Translations under genes and position numbers: made by a program | Shown: positions 9,154-22,270 of the stretch, in pieces | Layout: the number at the start of each line of letters is the position of its first letter | Numbering within the stretch: the stretch's first letter is position 1 | Source: Dudresnaya verticillata | Taxonomy: Eukaryota | Length of the DNA: 64,000 nt | Direction of reading: 5' to 3' | NCBI GenBank assembly: GCA_977862235.1 | Contig: OZ374563.1 | Span: forward strand, 1,054,001 to 1,118,000 | The notes under the pieces: model-generated | Database searches by the model: none | Told to the model about the DNA's origin: nothing | What the model saw: only the letters and a program-made list of their open reading frames with translations

Positions 9154-11017
9154 GATGGTGGATATCTTTTCGATAGGTTCGACAAGATCAATTACGCCGA
9201 AGCAATCACGTAGATGCACCTATTGAGGTTTGTTGCAAACTCTTCACCCTCGGTCAAGGGCTGGGCGTTTTGATAAGGCGAGGTGGTAGGGTTCTAGAGC
9301 ACTCGAGAAGAGGTTTTGAATAGCTCCACACAGTGCCTTCTTTGAGTTCGAGCTTGGGAAGGGCGAGGAGAGGTTGAGGACTGTTCAGACTGTATGCTGA
9401 ATTTTACTCAACACGGTGGGTGTGAGTGAGGTCGTTGTTGTAAGTCTATTGAAAGTTTGCTTTGATGGATTCAATTTGAAGTATACAGACGAAAGAAGAG
9501 TTGCAATTTGACGCGCAGTGCATGTGGATTGTCCTTGTTTTAGTGGGATGTTTTCATGATCTCGATTCATCTGACAATAACGCAATAATGCTTTCTGTTG
9601 TAACGTGGTATACGCGGAAGACCACGATTGTCTTGAGTTGGGAAGCACGGTTTCTTTTATGAAGGATAATGCGGCGGGTGAAGCGGCGGAACGGGAAGCC
9701 ATCCCGTTCTCATAACGCACCCGCCGCTTTATCCTTCCCTACGCACTCTCCCCTGTTAGTCGGCCACCCACTCCCTTCCGTCAGCCACAACCTCCATAAG
9801 CCTCGACCAGGACATCGTTCTCTACAGCTCGTTGTAGGCACCTGAGCTGAGTCAGGAGGGAGTCACACTAGAATGTAGCAATTGGCATACCTGCGCTCCG
9901 CGGCGAGCTGTTGGCCAAAGTTTGGTACCTGCGCTGATCTACTGTACCACTCTAAATGCCGCCTCCGCCCGCCGACCGTTCCAGCGCTAATGCGCCACAC
10001 AACACGCCTGCCACAACTGCTCAACCGCCGCAACGCCCAAACGCTTTGAACTTCAGGAGTCATCTCATCGCTGTTGACTCTGACTCAGCGAGGAAGGATT
10101 TTGACTCAGCACTTCGCAACATTCTACGTGGACGGCAGCGAGGGATATAGTTATCAAATCCTGCTGTCCAGAACTAATCCAAGACCTTGTCTTCTAAAAA
10201 CGGTTCGCTAAGGTGCCATACGCGTTGGACGAGATCCAGAGCAATGAGTATGCAGGGAAGATGGCTGGCTGAATGTATGCCATTGCGCTGGAATCGCTGC
10301 TGTTTTCAATGACGATGTGGACAAGACCGCTGTTGGTTTAGTTGTTCGTAGTTGGTAACGCTGCTGCTGGTGAAGCCAAGGTGCATAAGCAAGGTGCAGA
10401 GAACTCTTCATTAACTATTGCTACCGCTATTGTCAGAGATGACACTACGGATGTACACGGCGATACTGACGATTTTCCGGAGTAGGCGCCAAGGGTGGTC
10501 GAGATAGCTGTGGATGGCGCGGGTGCAGTGAAAACTCTCATGAAGGATTGCGCAGCGGGGAGTGCTGATATCAGGTTATTAAGCTTGGCCCAGAAAAAGT
10601 AATGTTTTTTATTAAATCTATTCACAAGTCAGTGCCGCAAGTTATCTCTTTTTGCGACAAGCATGTTGTCACCCTTTCCGTCGGGGCTGATTTGAGCCCT
10701 TGGCTTGTTATTGGCCCGAGGTGTAGCCGAGGGCCAATAACAACCCTCGGGCTCTACTGTAGAGAACTCGGGCTCTACTGTACTGTAGAGAACACAACGA
10801 AAAAGGTGCCCGTGACGGGTAAGCCACGAGACACTTGCAGCTGCGTTTGCAAGCTCCGCTTGCTACACTTAGCGAGACAATATCAAGTCAGCGTTAGTTC
10901 TTTTACCGCTTGTAGCTACAGAGCCTACCCATTAGGGGAGGAGGCCGCGCCAATGTGCCCCAGCTGGCTGGAAAATACCATTGTTTCACTCGAGGAAACT
11001 TCTTCCTACCTGTAACA

Positions 11018-12904
11018 CTACCACAAGAAGCTAGGATCGACAAAATTCTTACTCAGCAGATCAGACTCTAAGATGTCTTCCACGTTCAATGCGGAAAGTA
11101 CATGGGCCTGATCAACAATCCCCGTTGGCGTCCGAGATTCATTGCCGTTGCTGGCAACTTGGGATGCAACCTGTGGATTGCGACCACTCTGGCGACGGGC
11201 CGCTGCAATGCTCTGGGATGAACTCCCATCTTGGGAACGAGGAATAGAAGTCCCGGCGGTTGCAGAGCTTGAAAGGCCTTCAACACCCGTGTCCATGTGC
11301 GAAGAGTTCGGGGTTGTAGCTTTTGTAGAGCTTGGTGTCCCCATTTGGTCTGTATTGCTCTTCGACGCAGCCTGGCGGGAACGAGAGGCGCTAGCAGACC
11401 GCGACTTGGCTGGTGCCTTCCGAGCTTTTGCTGGTTTCGCCCTGTTTTGGGGCTTTTTGTCAACCGGGACAGCGGAGGAGCCAGAAGCTGTAGCTTTTTG
11501 AGCTTTTGGTTGCCTCTTTCGATTTGAAGTCGGCTTTCTCGGCTCCCTCCCAGGCTTCTTGGATGCTTCTTTGCTCACCCGACCCTTGGACGGCTTCAGC
11601 TCAACATTTCGCAGTCCCTCACTTTCCTTCTCTGCGTTAGTTGAAGCCTCGCGATAGACCTTTTTCGCTTCCGTACCCATTGGTTTGCGGTTACGATCCG
11701 GGTCCTTGCGACACGCCTGGCAGTCCCAGGTCCCGAGCCTCCTCGCAAGACGTAGCAAGCCAACGTCTCTCACCTTTCCTGCACACTTAAAGCACAATCC
11801 CATATCACAAGTCCCAGAATATGTATTGATACATTTGAACATGTCCGAGACATTTGAATCAATTAGGCAATACTGGCAGAACGTGGCTCCAATTCGCTTG
11901 CCGGGAACAGGCTTAGACCTAGAATTAAGCATTGGATTCGCTCCATCTGCAACGTTCGAGGGCACGACTTTCGAAGGCTGAGGTACTGAAGCGGGTTTGG
12001 TCCCATTTTCAGGTGTTGAAGCGCCCGTGGTTCCATTCTGAGATACTGAAGCGACTCTGGTCCCGTTCTGAGGTCCCGAAGCTGCTGTCGTCGCATTACG
12101 AGGTGCTGAAGCGGCTCTGGTCGCATTACGAGGTGCTGAAGCGGCTCTGGTCGCATTACGAGGTGCTGAAGCGGCCTTGTTCACATTCTGCCTTCTATGC
12201 ACCGCTTTTGCTATCTTCTTTTGGACTGGCAAAGAGCCCACGGCCGAAGGCGGGGGACTTGGTGGGATTTGTTGTCCATGAACGGGTGCAGTAGGATTGG
12301 AGATAGCTGTAGCCTGCGGAGCATGCTGAGCGATCAGCTGTGCCACAAGGGGAGCGCAAGCAGGGTCTCGGAGTGCAGGGTTGAGCGTGAGCAGCTGCAT
12401 GATGGGGCTTGAAGCGATCAGCTGTATTTGTGCAACATTGGCCAGCATGTTTGTCATTGATTGTTGCTGTTGCCCATACTCATTAAACAACGGTGGTTGC
12501 CCATACTCATTGAGTGACGGTTGGTGCCCATATCCATTCGTAAAAGATTGTTGGGCATAGCCGTTAACTTGCGGCTGTCCACTGACTAGCGGTTGCTGTG
12601 CTAGCGTATTTTGCGATAGTTGCTGCGGATGCACTGGGTTTGTGGGATGATGCTGAAGATAAGCTAATCCAGGCGGCAGCTGCTGCTGAAGGTGGGGTTG
12701 GTGGTGACAACTTGGTTGAGTTGGAAGCCTAGCGCGACCAGCTAGGCGCGGGTCTCTCGTCAGAGGCGTCGCCACATTGGCAACCGAAGGCTGGCTTTGG
12801 GAAGAGATTGGGGCGGGCGCAGCACTTCCGAGAGGTTGAGATGTGGAGGGGCCTCGAACAGAATTGGTCCTCGATGCTGAGGCTGGATGCGGCAGACGGC
12901 TCAT
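11018..12904 (-). CDS. Array gene copy 4, intact, 628 aa
   Basis: Full open frame (track 11018..12970), first ATG 12904. Confidence 0.8.
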   Translation of the reverse strand: MSRLPHPASASRTNSVRGPSTSQPLGSAAPAPISSQSQPSVANVATPLTRDPRLAGRARLPTQPSCHHQPHLQQQLPPGLAYLQHHPTNPVHPQQLSQNTLAQQPLVSGQPQVNGYAQQSFTNGYGHQPSLNEYGQPPLFNEYGQQQQSMTNMLANVAQIQLIASSPIMQLLTLNPALRDPACAPLVAQLIAQHAPQATAISNPTAPVHGQQIPPSPPPSAVGSLPVQKKIAKAVHRRQNVNKAASAPRNATRAASAPRNATRAASAPRNATTAASGPQNGTRVASVSQNGTTGASTPENGTKPASVPQPSKVVPSNVADGANPMLNSRSKPVPGKRIGATFCQYCLIDSNVSDMFKCINTYSGTCDMGLCFKCAGKVRDVGLLRLARRLGTWDCQACRKDPDRNRKPMGTEAKKVYREASTNAEKESEGLRNVELKPSKGRVSKEASKKPGREPRKPTSNRKRQPKAQKATASGSSAVPVDKKPQNRAKPAKARKAPAKSRSASASRSRQAASKSNTDQMGTPSSTKATTPNSSHMDTGVEGLSSSATAGTSIPRSQDGSSSQSIAAARRQSGRNPQVASQVASNGNESRTPTGIVDQAHVLSALNVEDILESDLLSKNFVDPSFLW

Positions 12905-14768
12905 GATGGTGGATATCTTTTCGATAGGTTCGACAAGATCAATTACGCCGAAGCAATCACGTAGATGCACCTATTGAGGTTTGTTGCAAACTCTTCACCC
13001 TCGGTCAAGGGCTGGGCGTTTTGATAAGGCGAGGTGGTAGGGTTCTAGAGCACTCGAGAAGAGGTTTTGAATAGCTCCACACAGTGCCTTCTTTGAGTTC
13101 GAGCTTGGGAAGGGCGAGGAGAGGTTGAGGACTGTTCAGACTGTATGCTGAATTTTACTCAACACGGTGGGTGTGAGTGAGGTCGTTGTTGTAAGTCTAT
13201 TGAAAGTTTGCTTTGATGGATTCAATTTGAAGTATACAGACGAAAGAAGAGTTGCAATTTGACGCGCAGTGCATGTGGATTGTCCTTGTTTTAGTGGGAT
13301 GTTTTCATGATCTCGATTCATCTGACAATAACGCAATAATGCTTTCTGTTGTAACGTGGTATACGCGGAAGACCACGATTGTCTTGAGTTGGGAAGCACG
13401 GTTTCTTTTATGAAGGATAATGCGGCGGGTGAAGCGGCGGAACGGGAAGCCATCCCGTTCTCATAACGCACCCGCCGCTTTATCCTTCCCTACGCACTCT
13501 CCCCTGTTAGTCGGCCACCCACTCCCTTCCGTCAGCCACAACCTCCATAAGCCTCGACCAGGACATCGTTCTCTACAGCTCGTTGTAGGCACCTGAGCTG
13601 AGTCAGGAGGGAGTCACACTAGAATGTAGCAATTGGCATACCTGCGCTCCGCGGCGAGCTGTTGGCCAAAGTTTGGTACCTGCGCTGATCTACTGTACCA
13701 CTCTAAATGCCGCCTCCGCCCGCCGACCGTTCCAGCGCTAATGCGCCACACAACACGCCTGCCACAACTGCTCAACCGCCGCAACGCCCAAACGCTTTGA
13801 ACTTCAGGAGTCATCTCATCGCTGTTGACTCTGACTCAGCGAGGAAGGATTTTGACTCAGCACTTCGCAACATTCTACGTGGACGGCAGCGAGGGATATA
13901 GTTATCAAATCCTGCTGTCCAGAACTAATCCAAGACCTTGTCTTCTAAAAACGGTTCGCTAAGGTGCCATACGCGTTGGACGAGATCCAGAGCAATGAGT
14001 ATGCAGGGAAGATGGCTGGCTGAATGTATGCCATTGCGCTGGAATCGCTGCTGTTTTCAATGACGATGTGGACAAGACCGCTGTTGGTTTAGTTGTTCGT
14101 AGTTGGTAACGCTGCTGCTGGTGAAGCCAAGGTGCATAAGCAAGGTGCAGAGAACTCTTCATTAACTATTGCTACCGCTATTGTCAGAGATGACACTACG
14201 GATGTACACGGCGATACTGACGATTTTCCGGAGTAGGCGCCAAGGGTGGTCGAGATAGCTGTGGATGGCGCGGGTGCAGTGAAAACTCTCATGAAGGATT
14301 GCGCAGCGGGGAGTGCTGATATCAGGTTATTAAGCTTGGCCCAGAAAAAGTAATGTTTTTTATTAAATCTATTCACAAGTCAGTGCCGCAAGTTATCTCT
14401 TTTTGCGACAAGCATGTTGTCACCCTTTCCGTCGGGGCTGATTTGAGCCCTTGGCTTGTTATTGGCCCGAGGTGTAGCCGAGGGCCAATAACAACCCTCG
14501 GGCTCTACTGTAGAGAACTCGGGCTCTACTGTACTGTAGAGAACACAACGAAAAAGGTGCCCGTGACGGGTAAGCCACGAGACACTTGCAGCTGCGTTTG
14601 CAAGCTCCGCTTGCTACACTTAGCGAGACAATATCAAGTCAGCGTTAGTTCTTTTACCGCTTGTAGCTACAGAGCCTACCCATTAGGGGAGGAGGCCGCG
14701 CCAATGTGCCCCAGCTGGCTGGAAAATACCATTGTTTCACTCGAGGAAACTTCTTCCTACCTGTAACA

Positions 14769-16655
14769 CTACCACAAGAAGCTAGGATCGACAAAATTCT
14801 TACTCAGCAGATCAGACTCTAAGATGTCTTCCACGTTCAATGCGGAAAGTACATGGGCCTGATCAACAATCCCCGTTGGCGTCCGAGATTCATTGCCGTT
14901 GCTGGCAACTTGGGATGCAACCTGTGGATTGCGACCACTCTGGCGACGGGCCGCTGCAATGCTCTGGGATGAACTCCCATCTTGGGAACGAGGAATAGAA
15001 GTCCCGGCGGTTGCAGAGCTTGAAAGGCCTTCAACACCCGTGTCCATGTGCGAAGAGTTCGGGGTTGTAGCTTTTGTAGAGCTTGGTGTCCCCATTTGGT
15101 CTGTATTGCTCTTCGACGCAGCCTGGCGGGAACGAGAGGCGCTAGCAGACCGCGACTTGGCTGGTGCCTTCCGAGCTTTTGCTGGTTTCGCCCTGTTTTG
15201 GGGCTTTTTGTCAACCGGGACAGCGGAGGAGCCAGAAGCTGTAGCTTTTTGAGCTTTTGGTTGCCTCTTTCGATTTGAAGTCGGCTTTCTCGGCTCCCTC
15301 CCAGGCTTCTTGGATGCTTCTTTGCTCACCCGACCCTTGGACGGCTTCAGCTCAACATTTCGCAGTCCCTCACTTTCCTTCTCTGCGTTAGTTGAAGCCT
15401 CGCGATAGACCTTTTTCGCTTCCGTACCCATTGGTTTGCGGTTACGATCCGGGTCCTTGCGACACGCCTGGCAGTCCCAGGTCCCGAGCCTCCTCGCAAG
15501 ACGTAGCAAGCCAACGTCTCTCACCTTTCCTGCACACTTAAAGCACAATCCCATATCACAAGTCCCAGAATATGTATTGATACATTTGAACATGTCCGAG
15601 ACATTTGAATCAATTAGGCAATACTGGCAGAACGTGGCTCCAATTCGCTTGCCGGGAACAGGCTTAGACCTAGAATTAAGCATTGGATTCGCTCCATCTG
15701 CAACGTTCGAGGGCACGACTTTCGAAGGCTGAGGTACTGAAGCGGGTTTGGTCCCATTTTCAGGTGTTGAAGCGCCCGTGGTTCCATTCTGAGATACTGA
15801 AGCGACTCTGGTCCCGTTCTGAGGTCCCGAAGCTGCTGTCGTCGCATTACGAGGTGCTGAAGCGGCTCTGGTCGCATTACGAGGTGCTGAAGCGGCTCTG
15901 GTCGCATTACGAGGTGCTGAAGCGGCCTTGTTCACATTCTGCCTTCTATGCACCGCTTTTGCTATCTTCTTTTGGACTGGCAAAGAGCCCACGGCCGAAG
16001 GCGGGGGACTTGGTGGGATTTGTTGTCCATGAACGGGTGCAGTAGGATTGGAGATAGCTGTAGCCTGCGGAGCATGCTGAGCGATCAGCTGTGCCACAAG
16101 GGGAGCGCAAGCAGGGTCTCGGAGTGCAGGGTTGAGCGTGAGCAGCTGCATGATGGGGCTTGAAGCGATCAGCTGTATTTGTGCAACATTGGCCAGCATG
16201 TTTGTCATTGATTGTTGCTGTTGCCCATACTCATTAAACAACGGTGGTTGCCCATACTCATTGAGTGACGGTTGGTGCCCATATCCATTCGTAAAAGATT
16301 GTTGGGCATAGCCGTTAACTTGCGGCTGTCCACTGACTAGCGGTTGCTGTGCTAGCGTATTTTGCGATAGTTGCTGCGGATGCACTGGGTTTGTGGGATG
16401 ATGCTGAAGATAAGCTAATCCAGGCGGCAGCTGCTGCTGAAGGTGGGGTTGGTGGTGACAACTTGGTTGAGTTGGAAGCCTAGCGCGACCAGCTAGGCGC
16501 GGGTCTCTCGTCAGAGGCGTCGCCACATTGGCAACCGAAGGCTGGCTTTGGGAAGAGATTGGGGCGGGCGCAGCACTTCCGAGAGGTTGAGATGTGGAGG
16601 GGCCTCGAACAGAATTGGTCCTCGATGCTGAGGCTGGATGCGGCAGACGGCTCAT
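14769..16655 (-). CDS. Array gene copy 5, intact, 628 aa
   Basis: Full open frame (track 14769..16721), first ATG 16655. Confidence 0.8.
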   Translation of the reverse strand: MSRLPHPASASRTNSVRGPSTSQPLGSAAPAPISSQSQPSVANVATPLTRDPRLAGRARLPTQPSCHHQPHLQQQLPPGLAYLQHHPTNPVHPQQLSQNTLAQQPLVSGQPQVNGYAQQSFTNGYGHQPSLNEYGQPPLFNEYGQQQQSMTNMLANVAQIQLIASSPIMQLLTLNPALRDPACAPLVAQLIAQHAPQATAISNPTAPVHGQQIPPSPPPSAVGSLPVQKKIAKAVHRRQNVNKAASAPRNATRAASAPRNATRAASAPRNATTAASGPQNGTRVASVSQNGTTGASTPENGTKPASVPQPSKVVPSNVADGANPMLNSRSKPVPGKRIGATFCQYCLIDSNVSDMFKCINTYSGTCDMGLCFKCAGKVRDVGLLRLARRLGTWDCQACRKDPDRNRKPMGTEAKKVYREASTNAEKESEGLRNVELKPSKGRVSKEASKKPGREPRKPTSNRKRQPKAQKATASGSSAVPVDKKPQNRAKPAKARKAPAKSRSASASRSRQAASKSNTDQMGTPSSTKATTPNSSHMDTGVEGLSSSATAGTSIPRSQDGSSSQSIAAARRQSGRNPQVASQVASNGNESRTPTGIVDQAHVLSALNVEDILESDLLSKNFVDPSFLW

Positions 16656-18519
16656 GATGGTGGATATCTTTTCGATAGGTTCGACAAGATCAATTACGCC
16701 GAAGCAATCACGTAGATGCACCTATTGAGGTTTGTTGCAAACTCTTCACCCTCGGTCAAGGGCTGGGCGTTTTGATAAGGCGAGGTGGTAGGGTTCTAGA
16801 GCACTCGAGAAGAGGTTTTGAATAGCTCCACACAGTGCCTTCTTTGAGTTCGAGCTTGGGAAGGGCGAGGAGAGGTTGAGGACTGTTCAGACTGTATGCT
16901 GAATTTTACTCAACACGGTGGGTGTGAGTGAGGTCGTTGTTGTAAGTCTATTGAAAGTTTGCTTTGATGGATTCAATTTGAAGTATACAGACGAAAGAAG
17001 AGTTGCAATTTGACGCGCAGTGCATGTGGATTGTCCTTGTTTTAGTGGGATGTTTTCATGATCTCGATTCATCTGACAATAACGCAATAATGCTTTCTGT
17101 TGTAACGTGGTATACGCGGAAGACCACGATTGTCTTGAGTTGGGAAGCACGGTTTCTTTTATGAAGGATAATGCGGCGGGTGAAGCGGCGGAACGGGAAG
17201 CCATCCCGTTCTCATAACGCACCCGCCGCTTTATCCTTCCCTACGCACTCTCCCCTGTTAGTCGGCCACCCACTCCCTTCCGTCAGCCACAACCTCCATA
17301 AGCCTCGACCAGGACATCGTTCTCTACAGCTCGTTGTAGGCACCTGAGCTGAGTCAGGAGGGAGTCACACTAGAATGTAGCAATTGGCATACCTGCGCTC
17401 CGCGGCGAGCTGTTGGCCAAAGTTTGGTACCTGCGCTGATCTACTGTACCACTCTAAATGCCGCCTCCGCCCGCCGACCGTTCCAGCGCTAATGCGCCAC
17501 ACAACACGCCTGCCACAACTGCTCAACCGCCGCAACGCCCAAACGCTTTGAACTTCAGGAGTCATCTCATCGCTGTTGACTCTGACTCAGCGAGGAAGGA
17601 TTTTGACTCAGCACTTCGCAACATTCTACGTGGACGGCAGCGAGGGATATAGTTATCAAATCCTGCTGTCCAGAACTAATCCAAGACCTTGTCTTCTAAA
17701 AACGGTTCGCTAAGGTGCCATACGCGTTGGACGAGATCCAGAGCAATGAGTATGCAGGGAAGATGGCTGGCTGAATGTATGCCATTGCGCTGGAATCGCT
17801 GCTGTTTTCAATGACGATGTGGACAAGACCGCTGTTGGTTTAGTTGTTCGTAGTTGGTAACGCTGCTGCTGGTGAAGCCAAGGTGCATAAGCAAGGTGCA
17901 GAGAACTCTTCATTAACTATTGCTACCGCTATTGTCAGAGATGACACTACGGATGTACACGGCGATACTGACGATTTTCCGGAGTAGGCGCCAAGGGTGG
18001 TCGAGATAGCTGTGGATGGCGCGGGTGCAGTGAAAACTCTCATGAAGGATTGCGCAGCGGGGAGTGCTGATATCAGGTTATTAAGCTTGGCCCAGAAAAA
18101 GTAATGTTTTTTATTAAATCTATTCACAAGTCAGTGCCGCAAGTTATCTCTTTTTGCGACAAGCATGTTGTCACCCTTTCCGTCGGGGCTGATTTGAGCC
18201 CTTGGCTTGTTATTGGCCCGAGGTGTAGCCGAGGGCCAATAACAACCCTCGGGCTCTACTGTAGAGAACTCGGGCTCTACTGTACTGTAGAGAACACAAC
18301 GAAAAAGGTGCCCGTGACGGGTAAGCCACGAGACACTTGCAGCTGCGTTTGCAAGCTCCGCTTGCTACACTTAGCGAGACAATATCAAGTCAGCGTTAGT
18401 TCTTTTACCGCTTGTAGCTACAGAGCCTACCCATTAGGGGAGGAGGCCGCGCCAATGTGCCCCAGCTGGCTGGAAAATACCATTGTTTCACTCGAGGAAA
18501 CTTCTTCCTACCTGTAACA

Positions 18520-20406
18520 CTACCACAAGAAGCTAGGATCGACAAAATTCTTACTCAGCAGATCAGACTCTAAGATGTCTTCCACGTTCAATGCGGAAAG
18601 TACATGGGCCTGATCAACAATCCCCGTTGGCGTCCGAGATTCATTGCCGTTGCTGGCAACTTGGGATGCAACCTGTGGATTGCGACCACTCTGGCGACGG
18701 GCCGCTGCAATGCTCTGGGATGAACTCCCATCTTGGGAACGAGGAATAGAAGTCCCGGCGGTTGCAGAGCTTGAAAGGCCTTCAACACCCGTGTCCATGT
18801 GCGAAGAGTTCGGGGTTGTAGCTTTTGTAGAGCTTGGTGTCCCCATTTGGTCTGTATTGCTCTTCGACGCAGCCTGGCGGGAACGAGAGGCGCTAGCAGA
18901 CCGCGACTTGGCTGGTGCCTTCCGAGCTTTTGCTGGTTTCGCCCTGTTTTGGGGCTTTTTGTCAACCGGGACAGCGGAGGAGCCAGAAGCTGTAGCTTTT
19001 TGAGCTTTTGGTTGCCTCTTTCGATTTGAAGTCGGCTTTCTCGGCTCCCTCCCAGGCTTCTTGGATGCTTCTTTGCTCACCCGACCCTTGGACGGCTTCA
19101 GCTCAACATTTCGCAGTCCCTCACTTTCCTTCTCTGCGTTAGTTGAAGCCTCGCGATAGACCTTTTTCGCTTCCGTACCCATTGGTTTGCGGTTACGATC
19201 CGGGTCCTTGCGACACGCCTGGCAGTCCCAGGTCCCGAGCCTCCTCGCAAGACGTAGCAAGCCAACGTCTCTCACCTTTCCTGCACACTTAAAGCACAAT
19301 CCCATATCACAAGTCCCAGAATATGTATTGATACATTTGAACATGTCCGAGACATTTGAATCAATTAGGCAATACTGGCAGAACGTGGCTCCAATTCGCT
19401 TGCCGGGAACAGGCTTAGACCTAGAATTAAGCATTGGATTCGCTCCATCTGCAACGTTCGAGGGCACGACTTTCGAAGGCTGAGGTACTGAAGCGGGTTT
19501 GGTCCCATTTTCAGGTGTTGAAGCGCCCGTGGTTCCATTCTGAGATACTGAAGCGACTCTGGTCCCGTTCTGAGGTCCCGAAGCTGCTGTCGTCGCATTA
19601 CGAGGTGCTGAAGCGGCTCTGGTCGCATTACGAGGTGCTGAAGCGGCTCTGGTCGCATTACGAGGTGCTGAAGCGGCCTTGTTCACATTCTGCCTTCTAT
19701 GCACCGCTTTTGCTATCTTCTTTTGGACTGGCAAAGAGCCCACGGCCGAAGGCGGGGGACTTGGTGGGATTTGTTGTCCATGAACGGGTGCAGTAGGATT
19801 GGAGATAGCTGTAGCCTGCGGAGCATGCTGAGCGATCAGCTGTGCCACAAGGGGAGCGCAAGCAGGGTCTCGGAGTGCAGGGTTGAGCGTGAGCAGCTGC
19901 ATGATGGGGCTTGAAGCGATCAGCTGTATTTGTGCAACATTGGCCAGCATGTTTGTCATTGATTGTTGCTGTTGCCCATACTCATTAAACAACGGTGGTT
20001 GCCCATACTCATTGAGTGACGGTTGGTGCCCATATCCATTCGTAAAAGATTGTTGGGCATAGCCGTTAACTTGCGGCTGTCCACTGACTAGCGGTTGCTG
20101 TGCTAGCGTATTTTGCGATAGTTGCTGCGGATGCACTGGGTTTGTGGGATGATGCTGAAGATAAGCTAATCCAGGCGGCAGCTGCTGCTGAAGGTGGGGT
20201 TGGTGGTGACAACTTGGTTGAGTTGGAAGCCTAGCGCGACCAGCTAGGCGCGGGTCTCTCGTCAGAGGCGTCGCCACATTGGCAACCGAAGGCTGGCTTT
20301 GGGAAGAGATTGGGGCGGGCGCAGCACTTCCGAGAGGTTGAGATGTGGAGGGGCCTCGAACAGAATTGGTCCTCGATGCTGAGGCTGGATGCGGCAGACG
20401 GCTCAT
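18520..20406 (-). CDS. Array gene copy 6, intact, 628 aa
   Basis: Full open frame (track 18520..20472), first ATG 20406. Confidence 0.8.
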   Translation of the reverse strand: MSRLPHPASASRTNSVRGPSTSQPLGSAAPAPISSQSQPSVANVATPLTRDPRLAGRARLPTQPSCHHQPHLQQQLPPGLAYLQHHPTNPVHPQQLSQNTLAQQPLVSGQPQVNGYAQQSFTNGYGHQPSLNEYGQPPLFNEYGQQQQSMTNMLANVAQIQLIASSPIMQLLTLNPALRDPACAPLVAQLIAQHAPQATAISNPTAPVHGQQIPPSPPPSAVGSLPVQKKIAKAVHRRQNVNKAASAPRNATRAASAPRNATRAASAPRNATTAASGPQNGTRVASVSQNGTTGASTPENGTKPASVPQPSKVVPSNVADGANPMLNSRSKPVPGKRIGATFCQYCLIDSNVSDMFKCINTYSGTCDMGLCFKCAGKVRDVGLLRLARRLGTWDCQACRKDPDRNRKPMGTEAKKVYREASTNAEKESEGLRNVELKPSKGRVSKEASKKPGREPRKPTSNRKRQPKAQKATASGSSAVPVDKKPQNRAKPAKARKAPAKSRSASASRSRQAASKSNTDQMGTPSSTKATTPNSSHMDTGVEGLSSSATAGTSIPRSQDGSSSQSIAAARRQSGRNPQVASQVASNGNESRTPTGIVDQAHVLSALNVEDILESDLLSKNFVDPSFLW

Positions 20407-22270
20407 GATGGTGGATATCTTTTCGATAGGTTCGACAAGATCAATTACGCCGAAGCAATCACGTAGATGCACCTATTGAGGTTTGTTGCAAACTCTTCAC
20501 CCTCGGTCAAGGGCTGGGCGTTTTGATAAGGCGAGGTGGTAGGGTTCTAGAGCACTCGAGAAGAGGTTTTGAATAGCTCCACACAGTGCCTTCTTTGAGT
20601 TCGAGCTTGGGAAGGGCGAGGAGAGGTTGAGGACTGTTCAGACTGTATGCTGAATTTTACTCAACACGGTGGGTGTGAGTGAGGTCGTTGTTGTAAGTCT
20701 ATTGAAAGTTTGCTTTGATGGATTCAATTTGAAGTATACAGACGAAAGAAGAGTTGCAATTTGACGCGCAGTGCATGTGGATTGTCCTTGTTTTAGTGGG
20801 ATGTTTTCATGATCTCGATTCATCTGACAATAACGCAATAATGCTTTCTGTTGTAACGTGGTATACGCGGAAGACCACGATTGTCTTGAGTTGGGAAGCA
20901 CGGTTTCTTTTATGAAGGATAATGCGGCGGGTGAAGCGGCGGAACGGGAAGCCATCCCGTTCTCATAACGCACCCGCCGCTTTATCCTTCCCTACGCACT
21001 CTCCCCTGTTAGTCGGCCACCCACTCCCTTCCGTCAGCCACAACCTCCATAAGCCTCGACCAGGACATCGTTCTCTACAGCTCGTTGTAGGCACCTGAGC
21101 TGAGTCAGGAGGGAGTCACACTAGAATGTAGCAATTGGCATACCTGCGCTCCGCGGCGAGCTGTTGGCCAAAGTTTGGTACCTGCGCTGATCTACTGTAC
21201 CACTCTAAATGCCGCCTCCGCCCGCCGACCGTTCCAGCGCTAATGCGCCACACAACACGCCTGCCACAACTGCTCAACCGCCGCAACGCCCAAACGCTTT
21301 GAACTTCAGGAGTCATCTCATCGCTGTTGACTCTGACTCAGCGAGGAAGGATTTTGACTCAGCACTTCGCAACATTCTACGTGGACGGCAGCGAGGGATA
21401 TAGTTATCAAATCCTGCTGTCCAGAACTAATCCAAGACCTTGTCTTCTAAAAACGGTTCGCTAAGGTGCCATACGCGTTGGACGAGATCCAGAGCAATGA
21501 GTATGCAGGGAAGATGGCTGGCTGAATGTATGCCATTGCGCTGGAATCGCTGCTGTTTTCAATGACGATGTGGACAAGACCGCTGTTGGTTTAGTTGTTC
21601 GTAGTTGGTAACGCTGCTGCTGGTGAAGCCAAGGTGCATAAGCAAGGTGCAGAGAACTCTTCATTAACTATTGCTACCGCTATTGTCAGAGATGACACTA
21701 CGGATGTACACGGCGATACTGACGATTTTCCGGAGTAGGCGCCAAGGGTGGTCGAGATAGCTGTGGATGGCGCGGGTGCAGTGAAAACTCTCATGAAGGA
21801 TTGCGCAGCGGGGAGTGCTGATATCAGGTTATTAAGCTTGGCCCAGAAAAAGTAATGTTTTTTATTAAATCTATTCACAAGTCAGTGCCGCAAGTTATCT
21901 CTTTTTGCGACAAGCATGTTGTCACCCTTTCCGTCGGGGCTGATTTGAGCCCTTGGCTTGTTATTGGCCCGAGGTGTAGCCGAGGGCCAATAACAACCCT
22001 CGGGCTCTACTGTAGAGAACTCGGGCTCTACTGTACTGTAGAGAACACAACGAAAAAGGTGCCCGTGACGGGTAAGCCACGAGACACTTGCAGCTGCGTT
22101 TGCAAGCTCCGCTTGCTACACTTAGCGAGACAATATCAAGTCAGCGTTAGTTCTTTTACCGCTTGTAGCTACAGAGCCTACCCATTAGGGGAGGAGGCCG
22201 CGCCAATGTGCCCCAGCTGGCTGGAAAATACCATTGTTTCACTCGAGGAAACTTCTTCCTACCTGTAACA